Positions 1-16,666 of a stretch of 64,000 nt of DNA are shown here, piece after piece. Below the pieces are notes generated by a model. It was given only the letters and a program-made list of their open reading frames with translations. It made no database searches and was not told where the DNA came from. The position numbers and the translations under genes were made by a program. Source of the stretch: the human T2T-CHM13v2.0 reference genome, Homo sapiens. Position 1 is the stretch's first letter; every line of letters starts with the position of its first letter. Location of the stretch: NCBI RefSeq assembly GCF_009914755.1, contig NC_060925.1, one strand, 5' to 3'.

Positions 1-933
1 TCTAAGATTGCAAATTCCTCCCGACACTCTTGAGACCTTCTGGTCAAGGTTTTTATAATATATCTGAACCATAAAATAGATCTTTTTTTTTTTCAAATTT
101 TTTGTGCTTTCTGTGTTTGCAAATCTTGTTGATATAGTCACCGACTTCATAAAGGGGAACTGTCAAAAATATCAGTTGACTTGATACAGTTATTGAACTG
201 CATATCTAAAATAATCTTCAGTGGTACTTGCTCAAATCTCTAAAATGTTGCGTGGTCACTGATTCACTTTTGTGTGCTCAGTATATCAGAATTTGGCTTA
301 ACTTACACAAAGTTTAGGTTTTCAAGTTTTAAAAAATTTTTCGTTTGTCACATTAACTAAAGACTTTTTGTGAGGTAAAATGGGACACTAAATGTAAAAC
401 AGGTTATTCTGAGCCACAGTAAGTGCTCAGTAAATATTAATTGTTGTTATTATATTATTTTATACAGCCACCCAATTTAATGACACTGAACCATGCTTCG
501 TTTAATAGATTAGAGAATTTAGGCCCAGAAAAATTGAATTCCTTTCCCATGGTTAGTAAATATATGAACTTACCCTTAAGCACAGGTAACCTGGATGTCT
601 TAGTCCCCTAAAATGCACATACTATACATTTACATGCACATAGGTACAAATGCACAATTTCTTAGTCAAATTAAAGACTCATTTTCTAATTATAAAGATG
701 AAACTGAAATACGCTTCTTTTATTTTTCTCTAAATGATTGGACTTTCCACAGAGAACACAATTTATTTGGTATGTCATTACCTACCAACCATAACTCTAA
801 AGTGGGGAGGGGATGACAGAGGAAATTGTGGTCCAGGAAGAGAAACAGGTTCCAGCTTCTCACTGCCTCAGTCAGGATGTGACTTGCACTGTTGGCAACA
901 GAGAAGGCGAGACAGAACCATTCTGCAGCCTGC

Positions 934-1234
934 TTTTGTTTTTTGTTTTTTTTTATACAGAGTTTCGCTCTTGTTGCCCAGGCTGGAGTGCGATGGCACG
1001 ATCTCAGCTCATTGCAACCTCTGCCTCCCTGATTCAAGAGATTCTCCTGCTCAGCCTCCTGAGTAGATGGAATTACAGGCACCTGCCACCATGCCCAACT
1101 ATTTTTCGTATTTTTAGTAGAGATGGGGTTTCACCATGTTGGCGAGGCTGGTCTTGAACTCCTGACCTCAGGTGATCCTCCTGTCTCGGCCTCCCAAAGT
1201 GCTGGGATTACAGGTGTGAGCCACCGTGCCTGGC
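934..1234 (-). mobile_element. Alu SINE (AluSq/Sp-like), full length
   Basis: T-rich tail from 934, then GAGTTTCGCTCTTGTTGCCCAGGCTGGAGTG ... CCCAAAGTGCTGGGATTACAGGTGTGAGCCACCGTGCCTGGC. The TTTCGCTCTTGTT motif is Sq/Sp-like. Confidence 0.95.
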
Positions 1235-3244
1235 TCCCTGTGCGTTCTTTAAAATCTGTGTCTGTCTCATGTAGGTATGGTAGAAGAAGCAGCAGGAATG
1301 GCATGAAGTAGAAAAGTCTCTAGAAAGGGTCACCAATGGTAGCTTTCTGCTATTAGGCTACTGGAGGTTGTAAAGACATTTAAAGACTGGGTTATCTATG
1401 CAAAAATAATTTATTGACACATAATATGTAGTTCAAAGGTGTTCATACTATTTCACTTCAAACATAGCATTTATTCTTAAATTTAAAATCAGATGTCATT
1501 TACTTGGTTTTAATAAAATCCCTGCCGACTCCCAATAATGTAGACATAGCATAGTGGCCAAAGGAAGAAAATTTCCTTCTAATGCATCAGATACAAGACT
1601 CAAGATTCAAAACCCAAAGGGTGATTTTCCTAGAAAATCCTACCTGCAGACACATACGCATACAAACATATAATTTGAAGCAATTTTGTTAAGACATGCC
1701 AGTGTTGACAAAACTAACTTGATAACTTCAGTTTCACAGTGTTTACATGGCATCACTGAGGGCGAATGTGCCTTCAGATTTAATTAATGATTTTTCATGA
1801 TCAGGCAGTCATTTTTCCCTTTCTCCATAACCATTTCATGTACAATCACAGGGCAGGTCTTACTGGATAGAGGGCCCTCTTCTTTGGTACTTCTTTGGAT
1901 CTGCAAGCAGTACATCATCCAGTTAAATGTTTTGATGTCAACTAACATATCAGGCAAGTTTAGTGTAATGATTATAGAACATTTTTACTAATATTTTATT
2001 CATTAGATAAAGTTCATCTGTCTCACTTTGCCTTATAGATGTAGTTAATACTTAGATAAAAGACTATAAATATAATTCATAAACTTCACAAGTTTTTTAG
2101 TACCATGAAAGAGGTAGAATTAAGGCTTTCCAATTTTATTTAAGGGAAGTTTAAGATTGTAAACTCTGTTTCACATCCAGTAAACAAGCCAGGTAGTGAA
2201 AAAAAATGGATAGTTATTTTATCTGGATACCCAAGAACATCTTATTAATTCTTTCCTTTCTCCATTTTGATATTTCTTTGTACTCTGGCAATTTAGAGGG
2301 GAAGCAATTTGCAAAATTTTGGATATAGTCTAGGTAAGGGGAAACATAGTGTTTTAAAATTCATAAATATCATAAACAACAATTTCAGATCATTGTAAAC
2401 AGCCCAAAAATAAAGTTAATATACAATATTATATAAGTTGCCTAATGTCTACCAAAAAATAGGATGATTTAAAATTAACTCCATAGGAAAATCCAGTGCT
2501 CTATCTTATGATGAAACAAACTGCATGTCACTCTTGGACCTGAAGTGTTCACTATGAAGTTACATTATTTGTTCAAAGCTTTATCATCTACTTGGGTGAG
2601 GTTATGTGACTTATTGAAGGTCAATTTGCAGTAACAACTCTGATGTCAAAAACTGAAATGACAGCTGTTGACACAGAATGCAGTTAAGGAGCAAATATTG
2701 AAGTATGTTCTTTTAAATAAAATATTAAACTATCCTTGAGCTAAATAAGTAGGTCTGCGGCAACTGTTAGTCTTGCAAAAGATAAGATTATGTCAGAATG
2801 CATTTTTCAATTGACTTCAATTTTCCAAAAGAGAATTTGCTACATACAGGAGTTTGCCAAAGTCTAAGCAGCTCAGATATGCTAAAACACAAACAAACAA
2901 AACAACCCCATCTTCCCCCGTAAAAAAAAGTACCCTTCTTTCTTTTCTTTCTAGAATTGATTTCATCTGGAACCACAGCCTCTTTTGTCACTGATGGAGT
3001 TGGAATTTGAAGAGGGATACTCTTTGTGTTGAAACAGTTAATTTCTCTCTCTCTGTCACTCTCTCTCTCTCTCTCTGTGAATTCAGTTTCATTTTATAAC
3101 TTCTCCATCCTTCAGAATTTCTTCTTAACACATTTTCCTTCCTCAAGTTGCAACTTTTTTTCAAAGGAAATTTCATGTGTGATCCTAGTACTTAGCTTTC
3201 TGGCACTTCTTTTCTGACTCCTGCTTACCCCTTGCTGCCTGTTC

Positions 3245-4105
3245 TTTATTTCATTTATTTATTCATTTTTATTTTAGATTCAGGTGACACATGTTCAAGT
3301 TTGTTACATGTATATGTTGCATGATGCTGAGGTTTGGATTTCTATTGATCCCATCATCCAAATAGTGAATGTAGTACCTAATAGGAAGTTTTTCAGCCCT
3401 TGCCCCTCTTTCCTTCTGCCCTTTTGAAATCTCTACTATTGTTCCCATTTTTATGTCCATATGTATCTAATGTTTAGCTCCCACTTATAAGTGAGAACAT
3501 GTCACATTTGGTTTTTCTGTTTCTGTGTTAATTCACTTAGGATAATGTCCTTCAGCTGCATCCATGTTCCTGCAAAGACATGATTTCATTCCATTTTATG
3601 GCTGCATACTATTCCATGGTGTATATGTACCACATTTTCTCTATCCAGTCCACCAGTTGATGGGCATCTAGGTTGGTTCCACATTTTTGCTATGGTGAAT
3701 AGTGCTACAATAAACATATGAATGCTCATGTCTTTTTGGTAGAATTATTTATTTGGTGGGGGTTATCCAATAATGGGATTTCTGGGTCAAATGCTAATTC
3801 TATTTTTAGTTCTTTCAGATATCTTCACACTGCTTACCATAGTAGCTGAACTAGTTTACTTTCCACCTACAGTGTATAAGCATTCTCTTTTCTCTGCAAC
3901 CTCATCAAGATCCGTTATTTTTTTGTCTGTTAAATAATTGCCGTTCTTGCTGGTGATTAGTGATATTGAGAATTTTTTATGTTTGTTGGCTGATTATATG
4001 TCTTCTTTTGAGAAGTGCCTGTTCATGTTCTTTGCTCACTATTTAATGGGGTTATTTTGTTGTTGTTGTTGTTGTTGATTTGTCTAAGTTCATTATAGAT
4101 TCTGT
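3245..4105 (-). mobile_element. L1 3' fragment (old L1PA, PA15/16-like)
   Basis: Antisense L1 3' UTR and ORF2 end: GTTTGTTACATG..GCATGATGCTGAGGTTTGG, TTTAGCTCCCACTTATAAGTGAGAACATG, TATTCCATGGTGTATATGTACCACATTTT. Confidence 0.9.
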
Positions 4106-4109
4106 TGCC

Positions 4110-5062
<953 letters not shown>

Positions 5063-5177
5063 TGTATAGGGATGGTAATCAAGAAATTCACAGATCACTT
5101 GGCCTTTCACTTTTTATACTTTCATTCTTTCTCATCCCTCTAGTGATAGATAGAGATGAAGATTTAGAGAGAGTTTT

Positions 5178-5262
5178 ATATCTCTATCTGTATCTCTATC
5201 TCTATGTATGTATGTATGTATGTATGTATGTATGTATGTATCTATCTATCTATCTATCTATC
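5178..5262. repeat. Compound microsatellite (TATC)n/(TATG)n
   Basis: Visible tandem TATC and TATG units. Confidence 0.95.
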
Positions 5263-5390
5263 ATTGCATCTTTGTCGTATGACAGCCTACTTCTTTTAGC
5301 ATCAGAAGGAATTCCTAACCTTTCCTTTTCATGTCTGGGAGAGATTATCTCATGGGGTAATGTTCTCCTCACCAGATAATTTTCAATAAA

Positions 5391-5885
5391 AGCAGAAATG
5401 GCTCCCAAAGATATTCATGCTCGAATCCCTGGAACTTGTGAATATGTCACCTTATATGGCAAAGGGAACTTTGTATAGGTATGTGATTGAGGTTACAGAC
5501 TCTGACGTAAGATTTTCTGGATTATAATAGTGAGCCCACTCTAAGCACATGAGTCATCTGGGGTCAGGGAGGGAGAGTGGGGAATAAAGGGGAAGAGGAG
5601 AGGAGAGAAGAGGAGAGGAAAGGAGAGGGGAGGGGAGGGGAGAAGGGGAGGGGATAGGAGAGGAGAAGGGGAGGGGAGGGGAGAAGGGGAGGGGAGAGGA
5701 GGGGAGGGGAAGGATAGGGAGGGGAGGGGAGGTAGAGATCCCTGGAGAGGGGATAATGAAAAAGGGCCAAAGAGAAGCAATGTAATGGTCTTCATGATGG
5801 CAAAATAAGATGAGACAATGAGGAAAGTGAGCAAGCTCTAGAAGCTGGAAGAGGTAATGAAATAAATTATTTACCTAGAATACAG
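5391..5885 (+). mobile_element. MLT1D-like MaLR LTR fragment with an internal purine-rich expansion
   Basis: GGCTCCCAAAGATATTCATGCTCGAATCCCTGGAACTTGTGAATATGTCACCTTATATGGCAAAGGG before the GA tract and CTCTAGAAGCTGGAAGAGG after it match MLT1D/E. Confidence 0.8.
5566..5760 (+). repeat. Polypurine (GGAGA/GGGGA)n low-complexity tract
   Basis: About 190 bp of almost only G and A. Confidence 0.95.
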
Positions 5886-5949
5886 CAACTGTTCTTAACT
5901 CTTATGCCTTACACCAAAACGGTGTTCCAAACTAATATTTTTTAGATGT

Positions 5950-6595
5950 GGCCAGCAGGACCCAATATGGTCTGACTGTTCCTGTCTTTCCAGGATAAAT
6001 CTGTACCACTCATTCTTGAATTCTCTGCATTGTAGTCACAGTGCAGCACTTTCCATCTGCAAAAGCCACTCCAAGCCTTCACGCATGCTATTCCTTCTGC
6101 CTGGAATACCTTCACTTGACTAAGTCTTACTCATTCTTTAAGTCTCAAGTTAAAAGTTATTTCCTTATAAAGGTCATTCTGGACAACTCAATCTAAGCCT
6201 TTGCTGCACTTTCTTTTATCAACCATAAAGATATGCATAGAATCCTATGCATTTATTTTCACATTTGTGTGATTATTTAGTAGAGGGTTGTCCAATCTTT
6301 TCGCTTCCCTGGGCCACATTGGAAGAAGAAGTATTGTCTTGGGTCACACATGAAATACACTAACAATAGCTGATGAGCTAAAAAAGTCACAAAAAATTAT
6401 AATGTTTTGAGAAAGTTTATTAAGATGTGTTGGGCCACATTCAAAGCCATCCAGGGTTGCATGCAGCCCATGGGCTGTGGGTTTGACAAGCTTGATTTAG
6501 TACCCAATTCTTGATGTAGGCTGTATTTCAATGAGTGTGAGGACAATGTCTCTTATTGCACAGTGCTTGACACAGAGTAGTTTCTCTCTAAATAT
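5950..6595 (+). mobile_element. L2 3' region, interrupted by MER30
   Basis: CATGCTATTCCTTCTGCCTGGAATACCTT, TACTCATTCTTTAAGTCTCAAGTT, and 3' end GCACAGTGCTTGACACAGAGTAG. Confidence 0.7.
6283..6494 (+). mobile_element. MER30 non-autonomous hAT DNA transposon
   Basis: GAGGGTTGTCCAATCTTTTCGCTTCCCTGGGCCACATTGGAAGAAG ... GACAAGCTTG. Perfect 8-bp TSD ATTTAGTA at 6275-6282 and 6495-6502. Confidence 0.95.
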
Positions 6596-9403
6596 CAGCA
6601 CAATGCAAAAGTTCTACTAATACAGCAATCTCAAGTGCTAATGTTGAGGAGAACAAGTTATTTAAATAGGCTTTTTGATTATTTATTTTATAGTATGAAA
6701 TTATACTTAAAATTATACGACTATATCCATGGTATTTGGTACAATCAAATCTGAAGTACAAGGATAAAATTGATACTTAAGATAATTTGGTGAAGATAAA
6801 TTCTTTCAATTAAATCTCATTTTGCATTTGTAAATTAATTTTTTCATATATTAAATTATAATTTAGTATGAGAAGTATGCAAACTTATAGTTGATGCCAA
6901 CTAAAGGTATGGATTAAATTTTGAGAATAAAAATATTGCTTTAACCATTCCTTATTGAATTTTTACTATGCAAACATAGTAAAAATCTTTAGTTCTTACA
7001 CTGATATCTTTAGTTCTTACACATACTTGAAGTTAAAAAGAGATCCTCTTTCTCACTTTGTCTCATTCTCCAAATATATATCTCATGTTTTGAAAATTAT
7101 TAAGAAACTATTTCGTGTGTAAGTTTTGTGAAATTGATTTATGTGTAAATTTGTATGTGATTTGTAGTCTTTTTTGTTTGGCAATAGGGAATGAAGGAAC
7201 ATAATAGTAAATAATCAGCTTAAAATAAAAGGAGTCAAAAAATTGAGCAAAACAAACTTGAGGCAAACATATTTAGTTATAATGAAAAGTAACTAGACTA
7301 ACTTTATGATTCAGCACCCCACTGCATTCATCGGTCATGTTGTCCAGTAAGGAAAAGTACTAAACAATAGCAATTACTGTCAGCAACTATTGAGAATGTT
7401 TTCATCTGCCATGTTTAATACTTAAAACAACTCTAGGAAAGAGGATTGCTCTTCTCCCCTCACTAGATAGAAAAATTAGTTGTAGACGTCATGAAGGTAG
7501 TAGGTTGGTTTAACTCCTGAATTTACTCTCTTAACTACAGATTATTTTTTCCAATGTAAAACAACCTCTTGGTATAATCTGTGTTCAGTGTTTCAAATCC
7601 CACTTCACATGTGTCACTGTCAATCTATTCATTGGTATTTTTCAGTAAATTATACACTGCAATTTCTTTGCTGCTATTTGAATTTGGTTCACCAAACAGC
7701 AAATAAATCAGAATTTTACATGTTCTGATCCTTTGGGATTACTTACAAATAGCTGAATCTGCAATAGTCATCCATTCTATGTATGATTTTTGTAAAATTA
7801 TTAATATGCTTTTCCTTTCTAATGTCCTATAACCATTTCTGTATTGTCTCAGGTATGGCTATGTTTACAAGTTGCATAGTGTTGCAGCCCTGTTCTGATT
7901 ATTCCTAATTGGAGAGCTTTTTGTTCTAGACTACTATGGTGATTGGGGAGGGGTTTGAACCTAGTTAACCATCTAACTAACTCGCTATTAAGACTGTGTC
8001 CAAATTGAAAGCACTTTATTTATGTAAATAAACATGGAGCCACTATATTTGATATTTAACAGCATTATACATACTTCTGGCCTATTTTTTAGCTAATCAA
8101 TCAATTTTCTAAATAGTTTGATGATGTTCTACATGAAAATACATAGCAGTGTGGTAATTGTAAATTTCAGTTTCTAAAACCTGTCTGAAATCCACATTTC
8201 TGTCACCAAATAATGGACTGCATCATTTAGGATTTCATTTTACTCCACATGTATATAAATTTGTGAAATGGTGCTATCAATGTGAAAGGTTGTAATATCA
8301 ACCTTTACATTACTTTTGTATTAATACTACTATTTTTATAAGGAATTTTGCCTGGGTTCCTCAGGTTGTTTTTGCTCTGAAAGATATAACGAGATACACA
8401 TTTTCTAAAAAAAAAACTGCAACAAAGTATAATATCTGTCCTGTTATTTGATGACAAATCACATTTGACCAAATAATCTTGATCTTTTAGAGAGATTACT
8501 ATTAAACTTTTAAACATAGTACTTTATAAACTCTGTGGTTTTCAGCAATAGCTTTCAGAGTTATTTCTAGGAAGTAAGTCACAAGGAAACTTGTTTTTCT
8601 ATGTTACAATAAAAAGAAGTTCTACAGAAATGTTTTGAAATTATTTTAGTGAACGGTTAAATGAAAATAAAAATCTAGAAACTCAAGAATAACACGTTTC
8701 TGAGCAGATAGCTTATAGAGAATGTGAGTCAACATACTTTACAAGTTTTTAAGATGCTGTCTGTGATATTCTAAAAGATCAGAAGTAGATTTTCCATATG
8801 GATGAAATATACAAGTGGCAACAGAGAGGCCTCTTCACTGTGTTTCGTGTAGTTTGTCTTAAGAAGTACAAAAAAGAAAACCCAAGAGGGTTCCAATAAA
8901 GCCTATCTTTTTAAAATAGCTTTGGTTTTATTCAGGTATTAAGTTTTCCTTCATATGGAAAGTCATACTTGCTTTTTCAATTAGGTAAATACATCCGACC
9001 TACAAAGTGCTGAAAAAAAAAGTTAACAGAAATCATCTTCTATAGAAAGAAGTAAAACAAGGAAGCAAGCAAGAAAGAACTATTTGAAGATATCTACAAA
9101 TTAAAATACTTGGCTTCACCTCAAAAACTTCTGCACATAAAGGGCATATCTTTTGCTTTCCTTTTCCAATCCATGTTTCTTGCTAAACTAACCATTTTGC
9201 TCTTGTTTGCAACTTTTATTTTCTCGAAGGCTCGAAACCTTATCTGTCAAATAGTCTTTTTTAATAAAAGAAAATTGTATTTTTATGGCTTCTCAGGGTA
9301 AATACCTGGGTAGCATCTTGACTTCTCTTTCTTTAACCCAAACCCTATCTGTGAGAAAATGCAAATTTAAATCTACCTAAAAACTACCTACATAAAAATT
9401 TAG

Positions 9404-9799
<396 letters not shown>

Positions 9800-10169
9800 T
9801 AACAGACCTTCCTCTTTTGATCCTTGAGAGTCTATTCTCCATAGAGCAGTCAGTGCAATATGTTTAAAATATAAGTCAAATCATGTCATTTGCTGTCACA
9901 GTGCCTCTACTGTCTTTTGATGTCAATGTCAGTAAAAGCCAAACTTCTTAGAATGGTCTATAAACCTTTGCATTTGCTGTCCCTGCTGCCTGAACACTCT
10001 TCTTCCAGCTTTCACCGTGGTGTGTTTCATCACCCTTTTTTAGACCTCTGCTCAACTGTCACCTAATTAGAGTGGTCTTCCCTGATGATCCTCTATCAGA
10101 TTACCACATCACACACTCTTCCCTATTTTCCTTAAACTGCTTATTCCCCTCATAGCTCTTGAAAATAAA

Positions 10170-10412
10170 AGCAAGATTTCTATGACATTATGTTCCACAC
10201 ACTATTCTAAGCATTTGACCTATATTAACTCATTCAATTCTCATAACAGCATTAAGAGATAGTTTTATTATATCCATTTTACCCATGAGGTACTTTAGGC
10301 AAGCTAATGTTAAGAATTAGCCCAAGACTACAGAGTTATCAAGTGGCAGAGCTGAGATTCAAGCCCTTGCAATTTGTCTCAAGCATCTATGCTTTTGTCC
10401 ACTGTGTGATGT
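10170..10412 (-). mobile_element. MIR SINE
   Basis: CTATTCTAAGCATTT..AACTCATTCAATTCTCATAAC..CCATTTTACCCATGAGG..AAGTGGCAGAGCTGAGATTCAA. Confidence 0.8.
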
Positions 10413-11730
10413 AGCTTCTCATATTACAGATATTCTTGCTCATTTGTTTATTGTTTGTCTCCTTCTGCAAGAATGGAAACTTTGTGAATGCAGTGATTCA
10501 TTCTGTTACTCATTACCATATCACAGTTCTTAGAACACTGCTTGCTCACAAAAAACTCTCACTACATATTTGTTGATGGCATGTCATCATTCACACTGTT
10601 CCTCTGTCTAAAACATATGCCTTTGCCTACACACCTCATTAATTCCTGCTTAGATTTTAGTTACATTCTTCACTACACTCACAGTTACTTGAAACTGAGG
10701 ACATTCCTGATATTCAAGGTTGGTTAGCACAAATCTTTGCATATAATATAACAGAACTTAATATTTTGTGAGAGATAACTAAATGAATTTATCTGAAAGA
10801 ACATATTGCTCAAGTTGATGATATCTCAACAAGTAGTTGTTAGTAGAGGAAATGTGTTTATAAGGATATGCCCTAACAATACTCAGAATTGTCTTTACTC
10901 AATCTAACTCCCAAACTAAGGCTGACATTAAATCTAAAAAAATCAAAGTTTTTGATCTGGTCATATGGTTTTATTATATTTTACTCAAGTAGAATATAAA
11001 GATAATTATCTGGTCATAGCCAGTTAAAAGAGTTCTTTTGCCTTATTTCAATTTCACTATATAAAATATATATATTTTAAATTACCAACAGAAATCTGAG
11101 GGGATTCATTATTTTCTAAGTATATTTCTATTTAATGGAAATGGTATAAATATTTACTGTATCTGTATAATCATTATATGCATAGCATGTTTTGAATAAA
11201 ATAATAAACAATTATTGGAATGTGCAATATAGTAACTGCAATTGTAAAGAATAAGAACCTAAGAACCAAACCATATTAAAAATCAATTCGGTGAGACTTT
11301 GTTATATTTCCTTCATTTCTTAATGGTTTTAAGGTGTATACTTTAATTAATAGATAGGTATGCTGAGTAATAATTTCATATGCAACAATTATTTTGTTGA
11401 CAATATGAAAATGTTTTTATATCATTGATGGAACAGTTCCATAATGAAACCATACTGACTTTCATGAGTTATGTGAATAAAATGAACTTTTGTGACAAAT
11501 GGCTTTACAATTGCTCAGCTTTTAAATTACTTTTACAAATCATTGGCAAATCTTAGTAAAATAGAAGCCTTTACAGCCTGCAAAGGCTAAAATGTTGACT
11601 GTTTGTCTTTTTTTAGAAAAAAAAAAAGCCAACCTGCAATAACTGAAAAAGTAACAGATTTGGGAAAATGACAGAGGGAGTTTGAGGTTGCTCAAGAAAA
11701 CTGTGTTGAGTTAATGTGAAAGTCATTATA

Positions 11731-12521
11731 GGAGTGCAGATACTTCTTTGAGGTCCTGATTTCAACTCTCTTTGATAAATACCTAGAAGTGGGATTCCTG
11801 GATCATATGATAGTTTTCTTTTCCTTTTTTTCTTTTTCTTTTTTTTTTGAAACCTCCATCTGTTTGTGGCTGCACCACTTTGGATTCCCACCAACAGTTT
11901 GCAAAGGTTCCAATTTCTCTAAATCCTCACTAACACTTGCGTTTTTTCTTTTTGATAATAGCCATCCTGATATGTGGTTTTTGTTTACATTTTCCTGATG
12001 ATTAGTGATGCTGAGCATCAAAGAGATATTAGCACCCCTATTTTTATTGCAGCACTATTCACAAGATGTAAAATCAGCTTAAGTGTGCATCAGCTTTATT
12101 TATTCATGAATGGATAAATAAAGTTTGATATGTATACGCAAAGGAATACTATTCAGCATCACAAAAGAAGAAAATATTGGCAATATGCAACAACATGGAT
12201 GAACCTGGAGGATACCATGCTAAGTGATATTGAACCAGTTGCAGAAAGACAAATCCTGCATGAGTCCACTTATATAAGCATCTAAAATATTCAAATTCAT
12301 AGAATCAAAGAGTGGAATGATGATTGCCAGGGGATGGGGGGAGAAGGAAATTGGGAGTTACTAATCGACAAGCATAAAGTTTTAGTTAAGCGAAATGAAT
12401 AAGCTATGGAGATTTGCTGTGCAATACTATACCTATAGTAATAATGTATACTTAAAAATTTATTAACAGGGTAGAACTCATATTATGTGCTCTTGCTGCC
12501 ATAAAATAATTTTTTAAATAA
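11731..12521 (+). mobile_element. Old L1 (L1MA10/L1MB-like) 3' end with 5' inversion
   Basis: 11731-12018 is antisense ORF2 end. 12019-12521 is sense ORF2 end plus 3' UTR. TSD AAAGTCA(T/C)TATA at 11719-11730 and 12522-12533. Confidence 0.88.
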
Positions 12522-13831
12522 AAAGTCACTATACTCTTTAACATTACATATTAGAATTTTTTGTATATATGTATCACCTATTATAAAGAAGATACAGTCA
12601 CTAATTATCAATTAAAATAATTGAAAACCGGCTTCTCTATTTCCTGTAGCATAGTCTCATGTTCCAATTTGGCAAAGTACTCATTTAGAACAATTAGCCC
12701 AGGAGTTACAAGTAAGTATACCAATAAATGTACTGAACTTATTTAATTCAAAAAATCATCACCATGAGGCATTTAATACCCTGCATAAGTGAAATGACAT
12801 AATTGGGAATCTCTATTCAGACTGTGAGTGATGAAGACACCTTTTTTCCATATAGTGGATACGTTTAAAAATAAAAATAAAATCAGAAAGTTTGCATTTG
12901 GATTTAACATTTTTTTAATCAGACAGCCCTAATAAGTAGAAATATTTTACTATTGTCATTAAATATTTGTTTTCAAGTTTGTATTTTGTTTATTAAGTAA
13001 ATATATGTATATATCATAGTACATTAAATAAAATTACAAAGATTTTTTATATATGATTCATATTCCTTTAGAGCTTGGTTAAGGTAATCGTTTTTACCCA
13101 TGTAATTCAAATTCAGGCACATGTGTAAAACTTTGAAACATTTTTAAACCATGGAGAATATTGCTGTTCATCAGAAGTAGAATGTGCATATTCAGACTTT
13201 AAAAAAGTTATTAAGAAAAGATCTTGTTTTGAAAATAACTTTTTAATTAATTTTTAAACTTTTTAAAAAATGAGGGCATACAGTCAGCATTTAAAATGCA
13301 TTATAATTTACTCATTTACTCAGTTTTTTCTAGTCTCTCTAATAATAAGCTAAAATTATTTTTATTTTCAAAACTTAGTGATAATCTGAGATAAGTGGAA
13401 ATTAAAACGTGGTAAAATAAAGCAATATATTCATTAAGTCAATATAAAGCATTATTTATTATATTTTATATTACTCTGTGTCCTGAGAAAATGGAAGCCA
13501 AATGTTATTCTTGGCTTTAACTATTGGTTTTGATGGTTGCTTGTCATTAGGAACACAGCAGCCACTTTTGAATGCTTGCTTACATAGATTTTGGGTGTTT
13601 AGAAAAGCTTGTGGCCAGCTTCTCTGTCATCTAAACCTTATTTATCTGAATGTTTCAGCTGTGCCTGGAGACTTTCAATGAGACAAGGTTGCATCCATCT
13701 GCAATTCTAAGCAGCTATTTAGGTGTGTTCTGTATTATTTACTCACTATTGTTTATTACAATTTTGTGTTATCGAGACTATAATGTCAATCATGACTCCT
13801 CTTTTTAAACCAGATTCAAATTCACTGCATC

Positions 13832-16666
<2,835 letters not shown>

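Noticed and set aside
720-1311. ORFs of 62-120 aa (and similar ones at 4626, 9470, 19917, 46818, 60816, 62430)
   Set aside because: They are translations of Alu sequence, not genes.
2930-3040. Strong acceptor-like tract CTTCTTTCTTTTCTTTCTAG
   Set aside because: No matching GT donor downstream. Isolated splice-like signals (also near 22650 on minus, 30262 and 30995) are common in AT-rich DNA.
5541-5834. Pro/Ser/Leu-rich ORFs
   Set aside because: Artefact of the polypurine/polypyrimidine tract.
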